Positions 49,801-58,973 of a DNA stretch of 64,000 nt are shown in pieces (position 1 is the stretch's first letter; every line of letters begins with the position of its first letter). The DNA comes from an uncultured bacterium (lineage in GTDB: Bacteria; Krumholzibacteriota; Krumholzibacteriia; LZORAL124-64-63). Under the pieces are notes generated by a model, which was given only the letters and a program-made list of their open reading frames with translations, had not been told where the DNA came from and ran no database searches. The position numbers and the translations under genes were made by a program. The DNA is taken from the NCBI GenBank assembly GCA_963732385.1, contig CAVSZB010000007.1, forward strand, positions 320,001 through 384,000, in the 5' to 3' direction.

Positions 49801-50717
49801 AGCGAGTCGGCGCAGACGGCGGTGACCGCGTCCTGGCCCAGGCTGCCCGCGTCGGCCGGATCGTGACGGAACCGGGTCCAGACCCCGCTGCGGGAATCGA
49901 GCCGGTTGAGTCCGCCCCCCTCGGTGCCGACCCAGAGCGCCCCCTGCCGGTCCTGGCAGAGCGCATTGACGGCGTCGGCGCCGCGGCTGCCGGTCGCGCG
50001 CGGGTCGTGCCGGTAGTGTTCGAAGCGCGGGAGCCTGTGGTCGGGCGATCGCGGCGTCGTCGCCGGGACGAGCCGATCGAGGCCGCCGTCGGTACCGATC
50101 CAAAGGGTCCCCTCGCGATCGACCAGGAGAGCGTGCACGCGGTCGTTTGCCAGGCTGCCTGCATCGGCAGGGTCGTGCCGCAGCACCGTGAAGGTGTTGG
50201 TGGCCCGGTCCAGACGGTTCAGCCCGTCGTCGGTGCCGACCCAGACATCGCCGCGCCGGTCCTCGACCACCGCCGCGATGCGGTCATGGCTCAGACTCCC
50301 CGGCATTCCCGGCTTCGCCTGGTAACGGACCGCCCGCCCGGTGGCAGGATCGAAACGGTTCAACCCGCCGTTGAAGGTCCCCACCCACACGTATCCCTGC
50401 CGGTCGACGCAAAGGGCCGTCATGTCGCTGTAGCTGAGGCTGCCGGAATCCTGGGGATCGTGCCGCATGATGTCGAACCGGTACCCGTCGAACCGATTCA
50501 GCCCGTCCTCCGTCCCGAACCACAGGAACCCCCGCGCGTCCTGCGCAATCGCCTTGACGATGCTCTGGGAGAGACCCTGCTCGATGGAGTAGGATTCCCA
50601 CACAGGAGGCGGCGCCTGCGCGAGAACGCACGGCGTCAGGGCCAGCACCGCCGCGATCACGGCCCCGCAAAGCACCCCGAAAGTCGCCAGCCTCCCCTTC
50701 GACGCAGACACCCCCAT
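46851..50717 (-). CDS. Hybrid sensor histidine kinase/response regulator with periplasmic beta-propeller (Reg_prop) and Y_Y_Y domains
   Basis: Many D..G.LW.GT..GGL repeats, YTGLPPGHYTFRVKAANSDG, TM, FLANISHEFRTP, HATPase G-boxes, REC domain (DLVLMDIQMP). Confidence 0.95.
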   Translation of the reverse strand: MGVSASKGRLATFGVLCGAVIAAVLALTPCVLAQAPPPVWESYSIEQGLSQSIVKAIAQDARGFLWFGTEDGLNRFDGYRFDIMRHDPQDSGSLSYSDMTALCVDRQGYVWVGTFNGGLNRFDPATGRAVRYQAKPGMPGSLSHDRIAAVVEDRRGDVWVGTDDGLNRLDRATNTFTVLRHDPADAGSLANDRVHALLVDREGTLWIGTDGGLDRLVPATTPRSPDHRLPRFEHYRHDPRATGSRGADAVNALCQDRQGALWVGTEGGGLNRLDSRSGVWTRFRHDPADAGSLGQDAVTAVCADSLGFLWAGTRSGGLDRFDPRAGRFSHYRADPADPASPRSDEILSLLADRSGCLWVGTYSQGVGKTVLETKPFAHVRAGPGGLANPTVWALQEDRSGNLWVGTHTGGIDCFDPHLRLLARYRNDPRDPTSLSCDIVRCILEDRDSELWFGTNGGGLDRLDRATGRFTRYLNDPADPRSLAENRIRALYEDRAGLLWIGTYGGGLDCLDRRTGVFTHFRHDPANPASLSFDIVRVIYEDPDEVGEALWVGTEGGGLNRLDRRTGRFTHFRNDPGDSTTLSEDHVFSIHRDASDRLWIGTFAGGLNLFDRAAGTFASYTIRDGLPSNAVYGILEDRGGCLWLSTNLGLARFDPSAGTCRSYDVRDGLQSNEFNGGAFTQTRGGEMLFGGINGFNAFYPQQIVDNPHPPAVVLTGFQLFNQTVGVGRKYGDRVLLERAIFATEAITLAHDQNFFAFDFAALHFVSPTENRYAYMMEGFDKDWNQAGQRRFATYTGLPPGHYTFRVKAANSDGVWNSEGRTLRLTIAPPFWQTAWFRAAALGLLIGLLVAVHRLRTRSFRLRNAALCREVDDRKRAEEAMRGAMEAARQANQVKSEFLANISHEFRTPMNGIIGMTDLTLDSELTAEQREQLEFVRESADSLLEIMNNILAFSRIEAGCLDFVERDFDLPALLSETTGPLETQARAKGLDWRLELDPGLPASLKGDRDGLQQVLQQVVGNAVKFTTRGEIAIRIGARPDAQPPAGETGDAAIPRLCLEFAVGDTGIGIPAAHLPSIFDSFRQVDGSYTRDHGGTGIGLSLCQKLLRMMRGDIAVTSEFGRGTSVRFHVWFELGQPLERPVFAPDAVVTPVVSAGGNDPRDEASARRILLAEDIPLNQKVASGILRRAGYAVTVVGNGQEALTALERETFDLVLMDIQMPVMDGFEATARIRSSRTAIRHLPIIALTAHTLEGDRDRCLQAGMDDYVTKPVRSETLTTSIAKALEARCAF

Positions 50718-50874
50718 GCCCCTCTCCCGTTCCGGTTGCAGCCCGACATCAGCCCTTCCGCAGGCCCGATGATTCCTGTTGGAATTTCGGTCGGAATGCG
50801 AATTGCGTTAGCCGAAATAAAAGGGCTGATCAGTTTCCAGAGGGATCGTCCAAAGGGGCAGGGCGCGGCAGAGA

Positions 50875-50900
50875 GCCTCCCCCTTGGGAGGCCCTCATCG
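50875..50900. repeat. 26-bp hairpin repeat, copy 1
   Basis: GCCTCCCCCTTGGGAGGCCCTCATCG; one mismatch to the copy at 51722-51747. Confidence 0.8.
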
Positions 50901-50954
50901 CCAAGGACGGGCCGGGAGGCCCGCCCGCGCTTCACCGCGTGGAGGCGTTGGCGG

Positions 50955-51587
50955 TCAGAAGCCCACCCCGACCGTGACCAGCCAGCCGTTGTTCTTGGCG
51001 GAGGCGCTCACGTCGGTGTCCGGCCAATCGGTCATGGCGAGCGTGTAGCGGACGTCGAAGGTGAGCGTGCTGCTCGAAAGCGCGAAGTCGAGCCCGCCGC
51101 CGAACGCCACGCCGAAGTCGAAGCCCTTCACCTCGTCGGACACGTCCGTCGAGGCGTCTTCCCCACCCGCTTCCACCTTCAGGTCAGCGGACATCTTGAT
51201 CGACCCGACGGGGCCGGCAAAAAGGTTCGGCCGGATGCTGCCTTCGGTCGGGAAGCGGTACTTGAGGAGGACGGGGATGTCCAGGTAGTCGAATTTGAGG
51301 GTGGCCGTGACGCCGCCCTCTTCGTACTTGGCGCCCTTCTGGACGTAGAGCAGTTCCGGCTGCAGAGCGAGGTTCGGCCCCAGCGCGAAGGTCAGGAAGC
51401 CCCCGGCCCCCAGTCCCATCCTCGAGTCGGGCGAAACCCCCTCCATCTCGTTGTCACTGCCGCCGAACGTGTACATCGACAGGCCGAGCTTGAGCCCCTT
51501 GCCCACCAGGCCCGTCTCCTGCGCCGCCGCCACTCCCGCCATCAACGCCACCGCCAGCACCGCCACGATAGCCAGGCACCGTTTCAT
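50955..51587 (-). CDS. Outer membrane beta-barrel (porin family / PorT-like, OMP_b-brl_2)
   Basis: Signal peptide, GLKLGL, LQPELLYVQKG, YLDIPVLLKY, terminal VTVGVGF. Confidence 0.88.
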   Translation of the reverse strand: MKRCLAIVAVLAVALMAGVAAAQETGLVGKGLKLGLSMYTFGGSDNEMEGVSPDSRMGLGAGGFLTFALGPNLALQPELLYVQKGAKYEEGGVTATLKFDYLDIPVLLKYRFPTEGSIRPNLFAGPVGSIKMSADLKVEAGGEDASTDVSDEVKGFDFGVAFGGGLDFALSSSTLTFDVRYTLAMTDWPDTDVSASAKNNGWLVTVGVGF

Positions 51588-51721
51588 CCCTGCACCTCCG
51601 TGTTTACGGATCCCCCGATCAGCAGCATCCCTGCCGGGACGCCGATCGCGAACCGAACATATACCGGAGTGTCATTCCGCCCTCTGCGGCGGGCAAGCGG
51701 TTTCTCGACGTGTGTCGGCGG

Positions 51722-51747
51722 GCCTCCCCCATGGGAGGCCCTCATCG
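51722..51747. repeat. 26-bp hairpin repeat, copy 2
   Basis: GCCTCCCCCATGGGAGGCCCTCATCG. Confidence 0.8.
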
Positions 51748-51785
51748 AACATCCTACCCGACGATCGCGCCCCGATCGATGCGGG

Positions 51786-53064
51786 CTATTCGGCCTTCAA
51801 CAACTCCACGCGCCGGTTCTTCGCGCGACCCGCGTCCGTATTGTTGTCGGAGACCGGCATGCTGGGCCCGTAGCCGTTGGCGGTGATACGGCTCGCCGCA
51901 ACGCCGTTGGCGATCAGGTAGTCCCTGACGGACTCGGCGCGCGCCTGCGAGAGCTTCTTGTTCAGGGCCGCGCTGCCGCGGCTGTCGGTGTGACCTTGGA
52001 CCTCGATCATCAATTCGGGGTAGGCCCTCAGGCTCTCGGCCACCCGGTCCAGGGTCGCGCGCGACTCGGGCCTGAGCTCAGCCTGGTTCGTTTCGAAGTT
52101 CACGCCCTCGAGAATGACGTTCTTCTTGCCCTCCTCGAAGACCTTCGGGCAACCGTTCGCGTCCACCGGCGTGCCGATGGGCGTGTTCGGGCACTTGTCC
52201 CGGGGATCGAAGACGCCGTCTCCGTCGCTGTCGACAGGCACGGGGCAGCCGGTGGCGTCGACCCGCGTGCCCTTGGGCGTGTTCGGGCACTTGTCCTGGG
52301 GATCGAAGACGCCGTCGCCGTCGCTGTCGACAGGCACGGGGCAGCCGCTGGCGTCCACCAGGGTACCGGCCGGAGTGTCCGGGCACTTGTCGAGGACGTC
52401 GGATACGCCGTCGTGGTCGCCGTCTTCGATGATCCGGCAGCCCTTGGCGTCGACCCTGAGGCCGCGCGGCGTGTCGGGGCACATGTCCAGCTTGTCAGAC
52501 ACGCCATCCCTGTCACTGTCCCTGGGCGTGCCGCCGAAGAGCCAGCTCACGCCGGCCTGGAGGCCGAAGTCCCCCACCGCGGTCTGCGCGCCGCTGTTGA
52601 GTGTCCGGTGGAGCCGGTCCACCGTACCCTCCAGCCGCAGCGACACGCGGTCGCCGGCCTTGAGCCGGAGGCCGGCCAGCGCGTCCAGGCCGTTGCCCTG
52701 CGCGTCGAAGTCGCCGCCGTACTTGATGTGGGTAAAACCGGCGCCGAGCAGCAGAGCGAGGTTCTCCGTGAGCGGAGCGTTCCAGACGAGCCGCGCGGTC
52801 AGCGGCACGACGTTCGCCGTGAGCCCGCTCGTGTGGTCGACCTGGGAGTAAGCCGCAGCCGCCTCGAGCTCGAGGTTGCGCAGGACGAAGAGGCCGAGAC
52901 GACCGCCGCCGCCCGCCCAGTTGTCTTCGAGCTGCGTCTCGATAGCCCCACATCCAGCCTCTCCAGAACAGTCCGCCCTCCACCGTGCCGGGGTCCTGGG
53001 CGAGCGCGGGCACCGCGGTCATGATGACCGTCAGCGCCAGCAGTGTCTGCATCCTGACGCGCAT
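51786..53064 (-). CDS. OmpA family protein (beta-barrel, TSP3 repeats, OmpA C domain) with one apparent frameshift near 52945-52965
   Basis: Signal peptide frame (MRVRMQTLL...GTVEGGLF) switches to IETQLEDNWAGGGGRLG...; four DSDGDGV.D..DKCP.TP-type repeats; GHTDS, N..LS..RA.SV, NRRVE. Confidence 0.88.
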
Positions 53065-53574
53065 GGCAACCTCCTTGGCGTGCGTGATCCCTCCGCCCCG
53101 CAGCCGGATCCCGCCCCTTGCGGATCAGGGTCGGGGTCCGATTCGAACCTGAAAAGCATACTCACGATGACCAGAACCGCCCGCTCGCGATTGCGCAACT
53201 GCATGATGATTGGCGAGGAGGCTCGGCTGACGAGGGGAGTTCCGACATACAGTTGCGCTGTGCGAGCGAAGGCGGAAAAGGCCGGGGCGATGGGGCTCGA
53301 AAATTTCGCTCCGCTCAGATCACTGTCCCAACGCCCCGACCGCTGACACGACCGCGAGGTGAGAGCGAAAGGAGCGTCGACCGTCCTCCCCTCCGTCGGG
53401 AACAGCGTGGCCACGGTCCGGAGAGCTCGCCATCCTTACCTGGCTCCCGCAAGTTGTTGCCAGGCGGTAGGCAAGGGGGTGTTTGGCGCTCGACGACGGC
53501 GCAGTATTTATGATATTATTATTCGTTCGTCATGACAAAAAACCTTGGAACCTCCCATTTCCTTGGAGGAACGC

Positions 53575-56500
53575 ATGTCGAAGCGACTGCGTCATTTCTG
53601 TGCGTGCATCATGTTTTCGCTCTTGGCATTGCTGCCGTCGATCGCCGGCGCCATGGGCCCGTCGCTGACGCTGCATGAGGATTTCACCACCACGCTGTAC
53701 AAGGACGCCGCGGCCACGACCGCGCTCTGGAGCACGGCCACCGGCGAGCTGAAGCTGACGCCGTTCGCGGCGGCGCGGCTGGGCAGTTATGCCGAGACCG
53801 GGTATGCCAAAGGGGTGGCGCTGGCGGGGAACGTGGCGTGCATCGCCTCCTCCACGCTCGGCCTGCTCACCATCGACATCAGCAATCCCGCCACGCCGGT
53901 TCTTCTGGGAAAGTGCGCCACCGAGGGCACGCCGCTGGGGGTCGCCGTGTCGGGCACGACGGCCTACGTGGCGCTCGGCGCGGGGGGGCTGGCCATCATC
54001 GACATCGCCCACCCCACGGCGCCGGCGTCGCTCGGACAGTACGTCACCGCGGACCTCGCGTACGGCGTGGCCGTGGCCGGACGGCTGGCCTACGTGGCCA
54101 CCATGGGGTACGGGCTGACGATCCTGGACGTGAGCAATCCCGCCGCGCCGACGCTGGTGGGCCACATCGAGCCGCTCGACCGCGCTCTCGCCGTGGCGGT
54201 GGACGGCGACTACGCCTACGTGGCCGACTATCGCGCCGGGCTGACGGCGATCGACGTGAGCGATCCGGCCGCGCCGGTGCGCCGGCGCAGCGTCGAGGCC
54301 AGCGAGCCGGCGACCGGAGTGGCGATGGCCGGCAACCTGGTGGCCCTGACCGTCGGCACGGGTGGTCTTCAACTGTACGACGTGACCTCGGCCGGGGAGC
54401 CGGTGGCGCGCGGCCGCCTCACGCTCGATGGCTCCGCCACCGGCGTCGCGCTGCACGGCGAACTGGCGTTCGTCACGACGACGACGCCTTCGCTCTGCGC
54501 GGTCGACCTGAGCGATCCCGACGCGCCGGCGCTCAAGTACAGCTTCCGTCTCGACGAGCCGGGACGCGGCGTGGCGATGGCCGGGGACCTGGCCTGGGTG
54601 GCGGCCGACCTGGCCGGCCTGGTGGCGGTCCGCGTGGCCGACACGTCGGCGATGCCGGACCAGGTCGGTGGCGCGGTGGACTTCGACCTGATCCACTATT
54701 CGCGCGGCGCGGCGATCGTGGGCGACCTGGCCTGCGTGGCGGCGCAACCGACGGGACTGGTGACCGTGTCGCTGGCCGATCCGGCCGCGGTGGCGGTGCT
54801 CGGATACATCGCCACGCCGGGCGAGGCCGTCGCCGTGGCCGTGGCCGGCGACCTGGCCTGCGTGGCGGACAGCCTGGCCGGCCTGTGCACCATCAGCATC
54901 GCCACGCCCGCCGCTCCCGTGGCGCTGGGCGGCTACGACACGCCGGGTCAGGCGGTCGACGTGGCGCTGGCGGGCGACGTGGCGTGCGTGGCCGACGGCA
55001 CGGGCGGCCTGAGGCTGGTCAACGTGGCGAGCCCCGCCGCGCCGGCGTTCCTGGGCGCCTGCGCCCTGCCGGGCGCGGCCAACGCCGTGGCGGTGGCCGG
55101 CAATTACGCCTGCGTGACGGACGGCGCGCTGCGCGTGGTCAACATCGCCAACCCGGCCGCGCCGGTCCTCGTCGGCAGCTACACCGGTCTGGGCGGCGCG
55201 GCGCGCGGCGTGGCCGTGGCCGGCAGCGTGGCCTGGGTCACCGCCGGCGCCGTCGGCGTGTACGCCATCGACATCCACAACCCGGCCGCGCCGGCGCTGC
55301 TGGGCGCCTACCCCGCGCTGCCCAACCGGTTGTACTGGTCGCCCCGGCTGTACGGCGCGCGCCTGCTGGTGCTGTCGAGATATGTCGGGGCCAGCAACGT
55401 CGATCTGCTGACCTTCGACGCGGCCAGCCCGCTCGCTCCCGTGCTGCTGACGAGCGTTGCGACGTACCATAGCACGAGCAACGGCCTGGCCGTGGGCGGC
55501 GACATCGCCCTGCTCACCACGGGGATTCCCGTTCCCAACACCTCGGGCGGGGTCGCGACCTTCCAGCTCGCGCAGAGCGACGTCAGCGGCGCGCACCAGG
55601 GCGTGGGCGCTTCGCTGAACGTGCTGGGCGACCCGCCGCCGTACATCGTGCGGTCGCGTTTCACCGCCGAGCAGGCGGGCGACGTGGAGTGGGACGTGGA
55701 CTTCGGGGCATTCCCGCGCGACATCATGCCCAACGGCACCTGGTTCCCGTGCGAGGCCGCCGACAGCCTGACCTGGAAGGCGAGCCTGCGCTGGGACCGC
55801 GCCAACCCGACCGTGACCGACCTGCGCATCGACTGGCGCCTGCGCGAGGCGCGCATCGATTCCATCGTGGACATCCCCCGCGATCAGGGGGGCTGGGTCA
55901 ATCTGTACTTCACGGCGTCGGGCTACGACTACCCGAGCATGAGCCAGCAGATCGCCGGCTACACCGTCTACCGCGAGGTGGAGAACAAGCTTCTGGCCGC
56001 CAGCGTTCTCGCCGCGCGCGACCGGCTGCCCGCGCCCCCCAAGGGGGGCGAAGCGACCGTCGAGCTCGACGGCGTGACCTATCTCGTCACCGACGGCCCC
56101 GACAAGGCGGTCCCCGCCGGCGTCTGGAGCATCATCACCAGCTTCTACGCCACGCGCCAGGACCAGTACGTGGTGACCGTGCCCACCGTCGCCGACGACG
56201 GCCCCGACGGCACGGCCTGGACGAAGTTCTACGTGGCGGCCCACACCACCACGCTCGGCCAGTTCTACGCCAGCCTCGCCGACAGCGGCCACTCCATCGA
56301 CAACATCGCCCCCGGCGTGCCCGCCGGCCTGACCGTCACCTACGCCAGCGCCGCCACCGAACTGACCTGGCTGCCGGCCCCGGAAGATGACTTCCAGTAC
56401 TACCGCGTCTACCGCGGCACGACGCCGGACTTCACGCCGGACGCGCAGACGCTCATCCAGGCCACCGCCGCGACGAGCTGGACCGACCCGATCGCCGAGC

Positions 56501-56886
56501 CGTGGCTCTACAACTACAAGCTGACCGTCGTGGACGCCGCCGGCAACGAGAGCGATGCCGCCGCGCCGCTCAGCGTGACCGGGGCCGATGGCACGACCGT
56601 GCCGAGCGCCTTCGCCCTGCGCGGGGCGAGTCCGAACCCGTTCAATCCCGCCACCACGATCAGCTATGACGTCCCCCAGAGCGCAGCCCCGCTCCGCCTG
56701 GCGATCTACGACGCGCGCGGTCGCCTGTTGCGCACCCTGGCCGATGGCGTCCAGTCCCCCGGCCGCCACGCGGTCCGCTGGGACGGGCGTGACGAACGTG
56801 GGCGCGCGGTGCCGACGGGCATTTACTTCTGCCGGCTGTTGGCGGGTGGTCATGCCCAGAGCCTGAAGATGAGTCTGGTGCAGTAG
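53575..56886 (+). CDS. Secreted LVIVD-repeat (beta-propeller) protein with FN3-like and FlgD-Ig/T9SS-like C-terminal domains
   Basis: GGAGGA RBS, signal peptide, ~13 repeats of A.GVAVAG..A.VA....GL..ID.SNP..P, PNPFNP.T.I.Y...WDGRD..G..V..GIYF tail. Confidence 0.9.
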   Translation: MSKRLRHFCACIMFSLLALLPSIAGAMGPSLTLHEDFTTTLYKDAAATTALWSTATGELKLTPFAAARLGSYAETGYAKGVALAGNVACIASSTLGLLTIDISNPATPVLLGKCATEGTPLGVAVSGTTAYVALGAGGLAIIDIAHPTAPASLGQYVTADLAYGVAVAGRLAYVATMGYGLTILDVSNPAAPTLVGHIEPLDRALAVAVDGDYAYVADYRAGLTAIDVSDPAAPVRRRSVEASEPATGVAMAGNLVALTVGTGGLQLYDVTSAGEPVARGRLTLDGSATGVALHGELAFVTTTTPSLCAVDLSDPDAPALKYSFRLDEPGRGVAMAGDLAWVAADLAGLVAVRVADTSAMPDQVGGAVDFDLIHYSRGAAIVGDLACVAAQPTGLVTVSLADPAAVAVLGYIATPGEAVAVAVAGDLACVADSLAGLCTISIATPAAPVALGGYDTPGQAVDVALAGDVACVADGTGGLRLVNVASPAAPAFLGACALPGAANAVAVAGNYACVTDGALRVVNIANPAAPVLVGSYTGLGGAARGVAVAGSVAWVTAGAVGVYAIDIHNPAAPALLGAYPALPNRLYWSPRLYGARLLVLSRYVGASNVDLLTFDAASPLAPVLLTSVATYHSTSNGLAVGGDIALLTTGIPVPNTSGGVATFQLAQSDVSGAHQGVGASLNVLGDPPPYIVRSRFTAEQAGDVEWDVDFGAFPRDIMPNGTWFPCEAADSLTWKASLRWDRANPTVTDLRIDWRLREARIDSIVDIPRDQGGWVNLYFTASGYDYPSMSQQIAGYTVYREVENKLLAASVLAARDRLPAPPKGGEATVELDGVTYLVTDGPDKAVPAGVWSIITSFYATRQDQYVVTVPTVADDGPDGTAWTKFYVAAHTTTLGQFYASLADSGHSIDNIAPGVPAGLTVTYASAATELTWLPAPEDDFQYYRVYRGTTPDFTPDAQTLIQATAATSWTDPIAEPWLYNYKLTVVDAAGNESDAAAPLSVTGADGTTVPSAFALRGASPNPFNPATTISYDVPQSAAPLRLAIYDARGRLLRTLADGVQSPGRHAVRWDGRDERGRAVPTGIYFCRLLAGGHAQSLKMSLVQ

Positions 56887-56888
56887 GA

Positions 56889-58235
56889 TCAGCTAGTCGC
56901 TGGCGCGGCGAGCAGCCATTCGTACGCGGGCAGTACGGTGATGCCGGGGGGCGTTTCGGCGGGAGCCCCGTCACGGGTCAGCGTCAGCAGTCGTCGGCGC
57001 GCGCCCGGGTACATCTTCCCCGCCTCGATGAGCGCCCGGAACTCCCGCTCGGCGGTCGCGGGATCGCTGGCGTCGGCGCATACCTGAATGAGCTCCAGGT
57101 CTCCGTCCGTGTCGCGCGCCAGAAAGTCCACTTCGTACCCGGCCGGTGTACGCACGTAGGTGACGGCGCAGCGCCGCCGCTCGAGCTCGATGAGCACCGC
57201 CGTTTCCAGGGCGTGGCCACTGTTGGCGCGCCCGCTGCGATCGAACACGGCGATCAGCGCCGGATCCACCGGATATGCCTTGCGCGGATTGACCATCCGC
57301 TGGCGCTCCGAGGTCGAGTCCATCCAGACCAGCCGCACCAGGAAGCAGTCTTCGAGGTGGGCGAGCAACTGGTGCACGGTGTCCTTGGAAATCGCCATGC
57401 CCTGACTCTTCAGAGCGGCGTAGAACTTCTCGACGCTGAAGTGCGCGGCCGCGTTGCCGAGCAGGTGACGCACCAGCCAGCGCAGCCCTATCACCTGGCT
57501 CACTCCGTGGCGCTCCACCACATCGCGCAGCATGGCCACGTCCACGTAGTCGCGCAGCAACTGCTGCCGCGAGGCGCCGTCGAGTCCCTGGGCCTCGGGG
57601 AATCCGCCGGTGGCGAGCCAGTCCCTGAACGCACGCTCCAGGCCCGCGCGCTCGGCGCCGGTGACGAAGGCCGGGTCCGCCGGGACCGCCTGGCCCCGAT
57701 GGTGCAGCGCTTCGGCGAAGCTGAACGGGTAGAGCGCCACTTCCCAGGCGCGTCCGCGCAGCGCGGTGGCGATTTCGCGGGACAACAACGCGGCCGAAGA
57801 CCCGGTCACGATCACTTCGCAGCCGCCCGCATCCAGCAACCGCCGGACGAAGCGCTCCCAGCCCGGAACGACCTGGATCTCGTCGAAACACCAGGTGACG
57901 CTCGCCTGTTCGTGCGCAGCGGGGAATCGGCGGCCATGCTCTTCCACCAGAAAACCGAGCTGATTCGCCGCCAGCCCCGCAAGCCGCTCGTCCTCGAAGT
58001 TCACGTAGGGCAGTTGTTCACGAGGCGTGCCCCGCCGCAGACGCTCGCGGCGCAATTGGTGCAGGAACGTGGTCTTCCCTACCCGCCGCATGCCGATCAC
58101 GGCGGTGACCTTGCCCGGCAGGCCGGTCGCCCCATGCACCTGTCGCGGCGTCGCCCCCGCCAGCGATCCGGCGAGCGACTCCGCCAGCTTCTCGGTCAGG
58201 GCTTCCTTGAGCTCTCGAGGCAATGCACGCGTCAT
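56889..58235 (-). CDS. AAA+ ATPase (AAA_14 plus DUF4143)
   Basis: IGMRRVGKT, YVNFEDER, FDEIQ, VTGSS, LRGR, YPFSF.E, GGFPE, RDVVERH, K.Y.VD, LET.V..EL, EVDF. Confidence 0.9.
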   Translation of the reverse strand: MTRALPRELKEALTEKLAESLAGSLAGATPRQVHGATGLPGKVTAVIGMRRVGKTTFLHQLRRERLRRGTPREQLPYVNFEDERLAGLAANQLGFLVEEHGRRFPAAHEQASVTWCFDEIQVVPGWERFVRRLLDAGGCEVIVTGSSAALLSREIATALRGRAWEVALYPFSFAEALHHRGQAVPADPAFVTGAERAGLERAFRDWLATGGFPEAQGLDGASRQQLLRDYVDVAMLRDVVERHGVSQVIGLRWLVRHLLGNAAAHFSVEKFYAALKSQGMAISKDTVHQLLAHLEDCFLVRLVWMDSTSERQRMVNPRKAYPVDPALIAVFDRSGRANSGHALETAVLIELERRRCAVTYVRTPAGYEVDFLARDTDGDLELIQVCADASDPATAEREFRALIEAGKMYPGARRRLLTLTRDGAPAETPPGITVLPAYEWLLAAPATS

Positions 58236-58244
58236 TTGCGGTTA

Positions 58245-58298
58245 TTCTCCTTGTCAGAGGGAGAATATGCGCCATAGTTCTCCCTCTGGCAAGGCGAA
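58245..58298. promoter_or_regulatory. 21-bp inverted repeat overlapping the promoter of the AAA ATPase gene
   Basis: TTCTCCTTGTCAGAGGGAGAA-N12-TTCTCCCTCTGGCAAGGCGAA (2 mismatches); minus strand TTGCCA-N17-CATATT. Confidence 0.75.
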
Positions 58299-58973
58299 AA
58301 GTCCCGCTATCGCCAGATAGGCTGGGCGGCCCTTAGTGCGCGTCCAAGTCCTGAGAGCCAAGCGCCGGTTTATATAAATGCTGCATCTGCCATTGCTTAT
58401 AAACGCTATGGACGGGGCCTATGCACCGTTGGGGTTACCTCTGTCTTTAGATGGGAACCAGCGCGGCCAACGCTTGGTGCCCTCAAGCCGCGCGAGGCCA
58501 GCTTGCGCAGACGGCCAAGAAGCCCCTGGACCCTTCGCGGGCCAAACCTGTGCACAACCTGAACGAGGTCCGATTGCGGGTTCCCTGCCGGGTCTTCGCA
58601 CAAACGCCGGTTCAGTCGTCGACAATGCCCCATGCACGGGATACGATCAACAGACGAGCATTTCTGACATGTGATCGCGTGTACGCGTTGGGAATCCAAG
58701 TGTCGGCACGCCTCCATCGTGATCATTCATGGCAGCGATAGTCAAGTTCCTGAACAGTCGCCGGGCTGTTGTGACACACCGCCCAATGCGAACAAAGTCC
58801 AATCGCCGGTTCTGCCAGGTCGGCCTGTCGGCCTCCCCCAAACGCAATTAAAGACCATGAGCATGCAATTGAGATGCTGAAGCGAGATATTAAGCTGTGG
58901 CAATATTAGGATTTATGGATTTATGCCCGCGGGGAAGGAAACGCAATCAGCGACTGCACGCAACGCAATCCAG

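Noticed and set aside
52150..52520. 96-bp tandem DNA repeats as a CRISPR or other non-coding array
   Set aside because: They are in-frame TSP3 (DSDGDGV.D..DKCP) protein repeats of the OmpA gene; no unique spacers and no cas genes
48948..53024. 1358-aa + strand ORF, and similar long ORFs such as 53530-56853(-), 347-2218(-), 22298-24553(+), 26121-28628(+)
   Set aside because: Antisense shadow ORFs of well-supported genes, expected at high GC; no recognisable motifs
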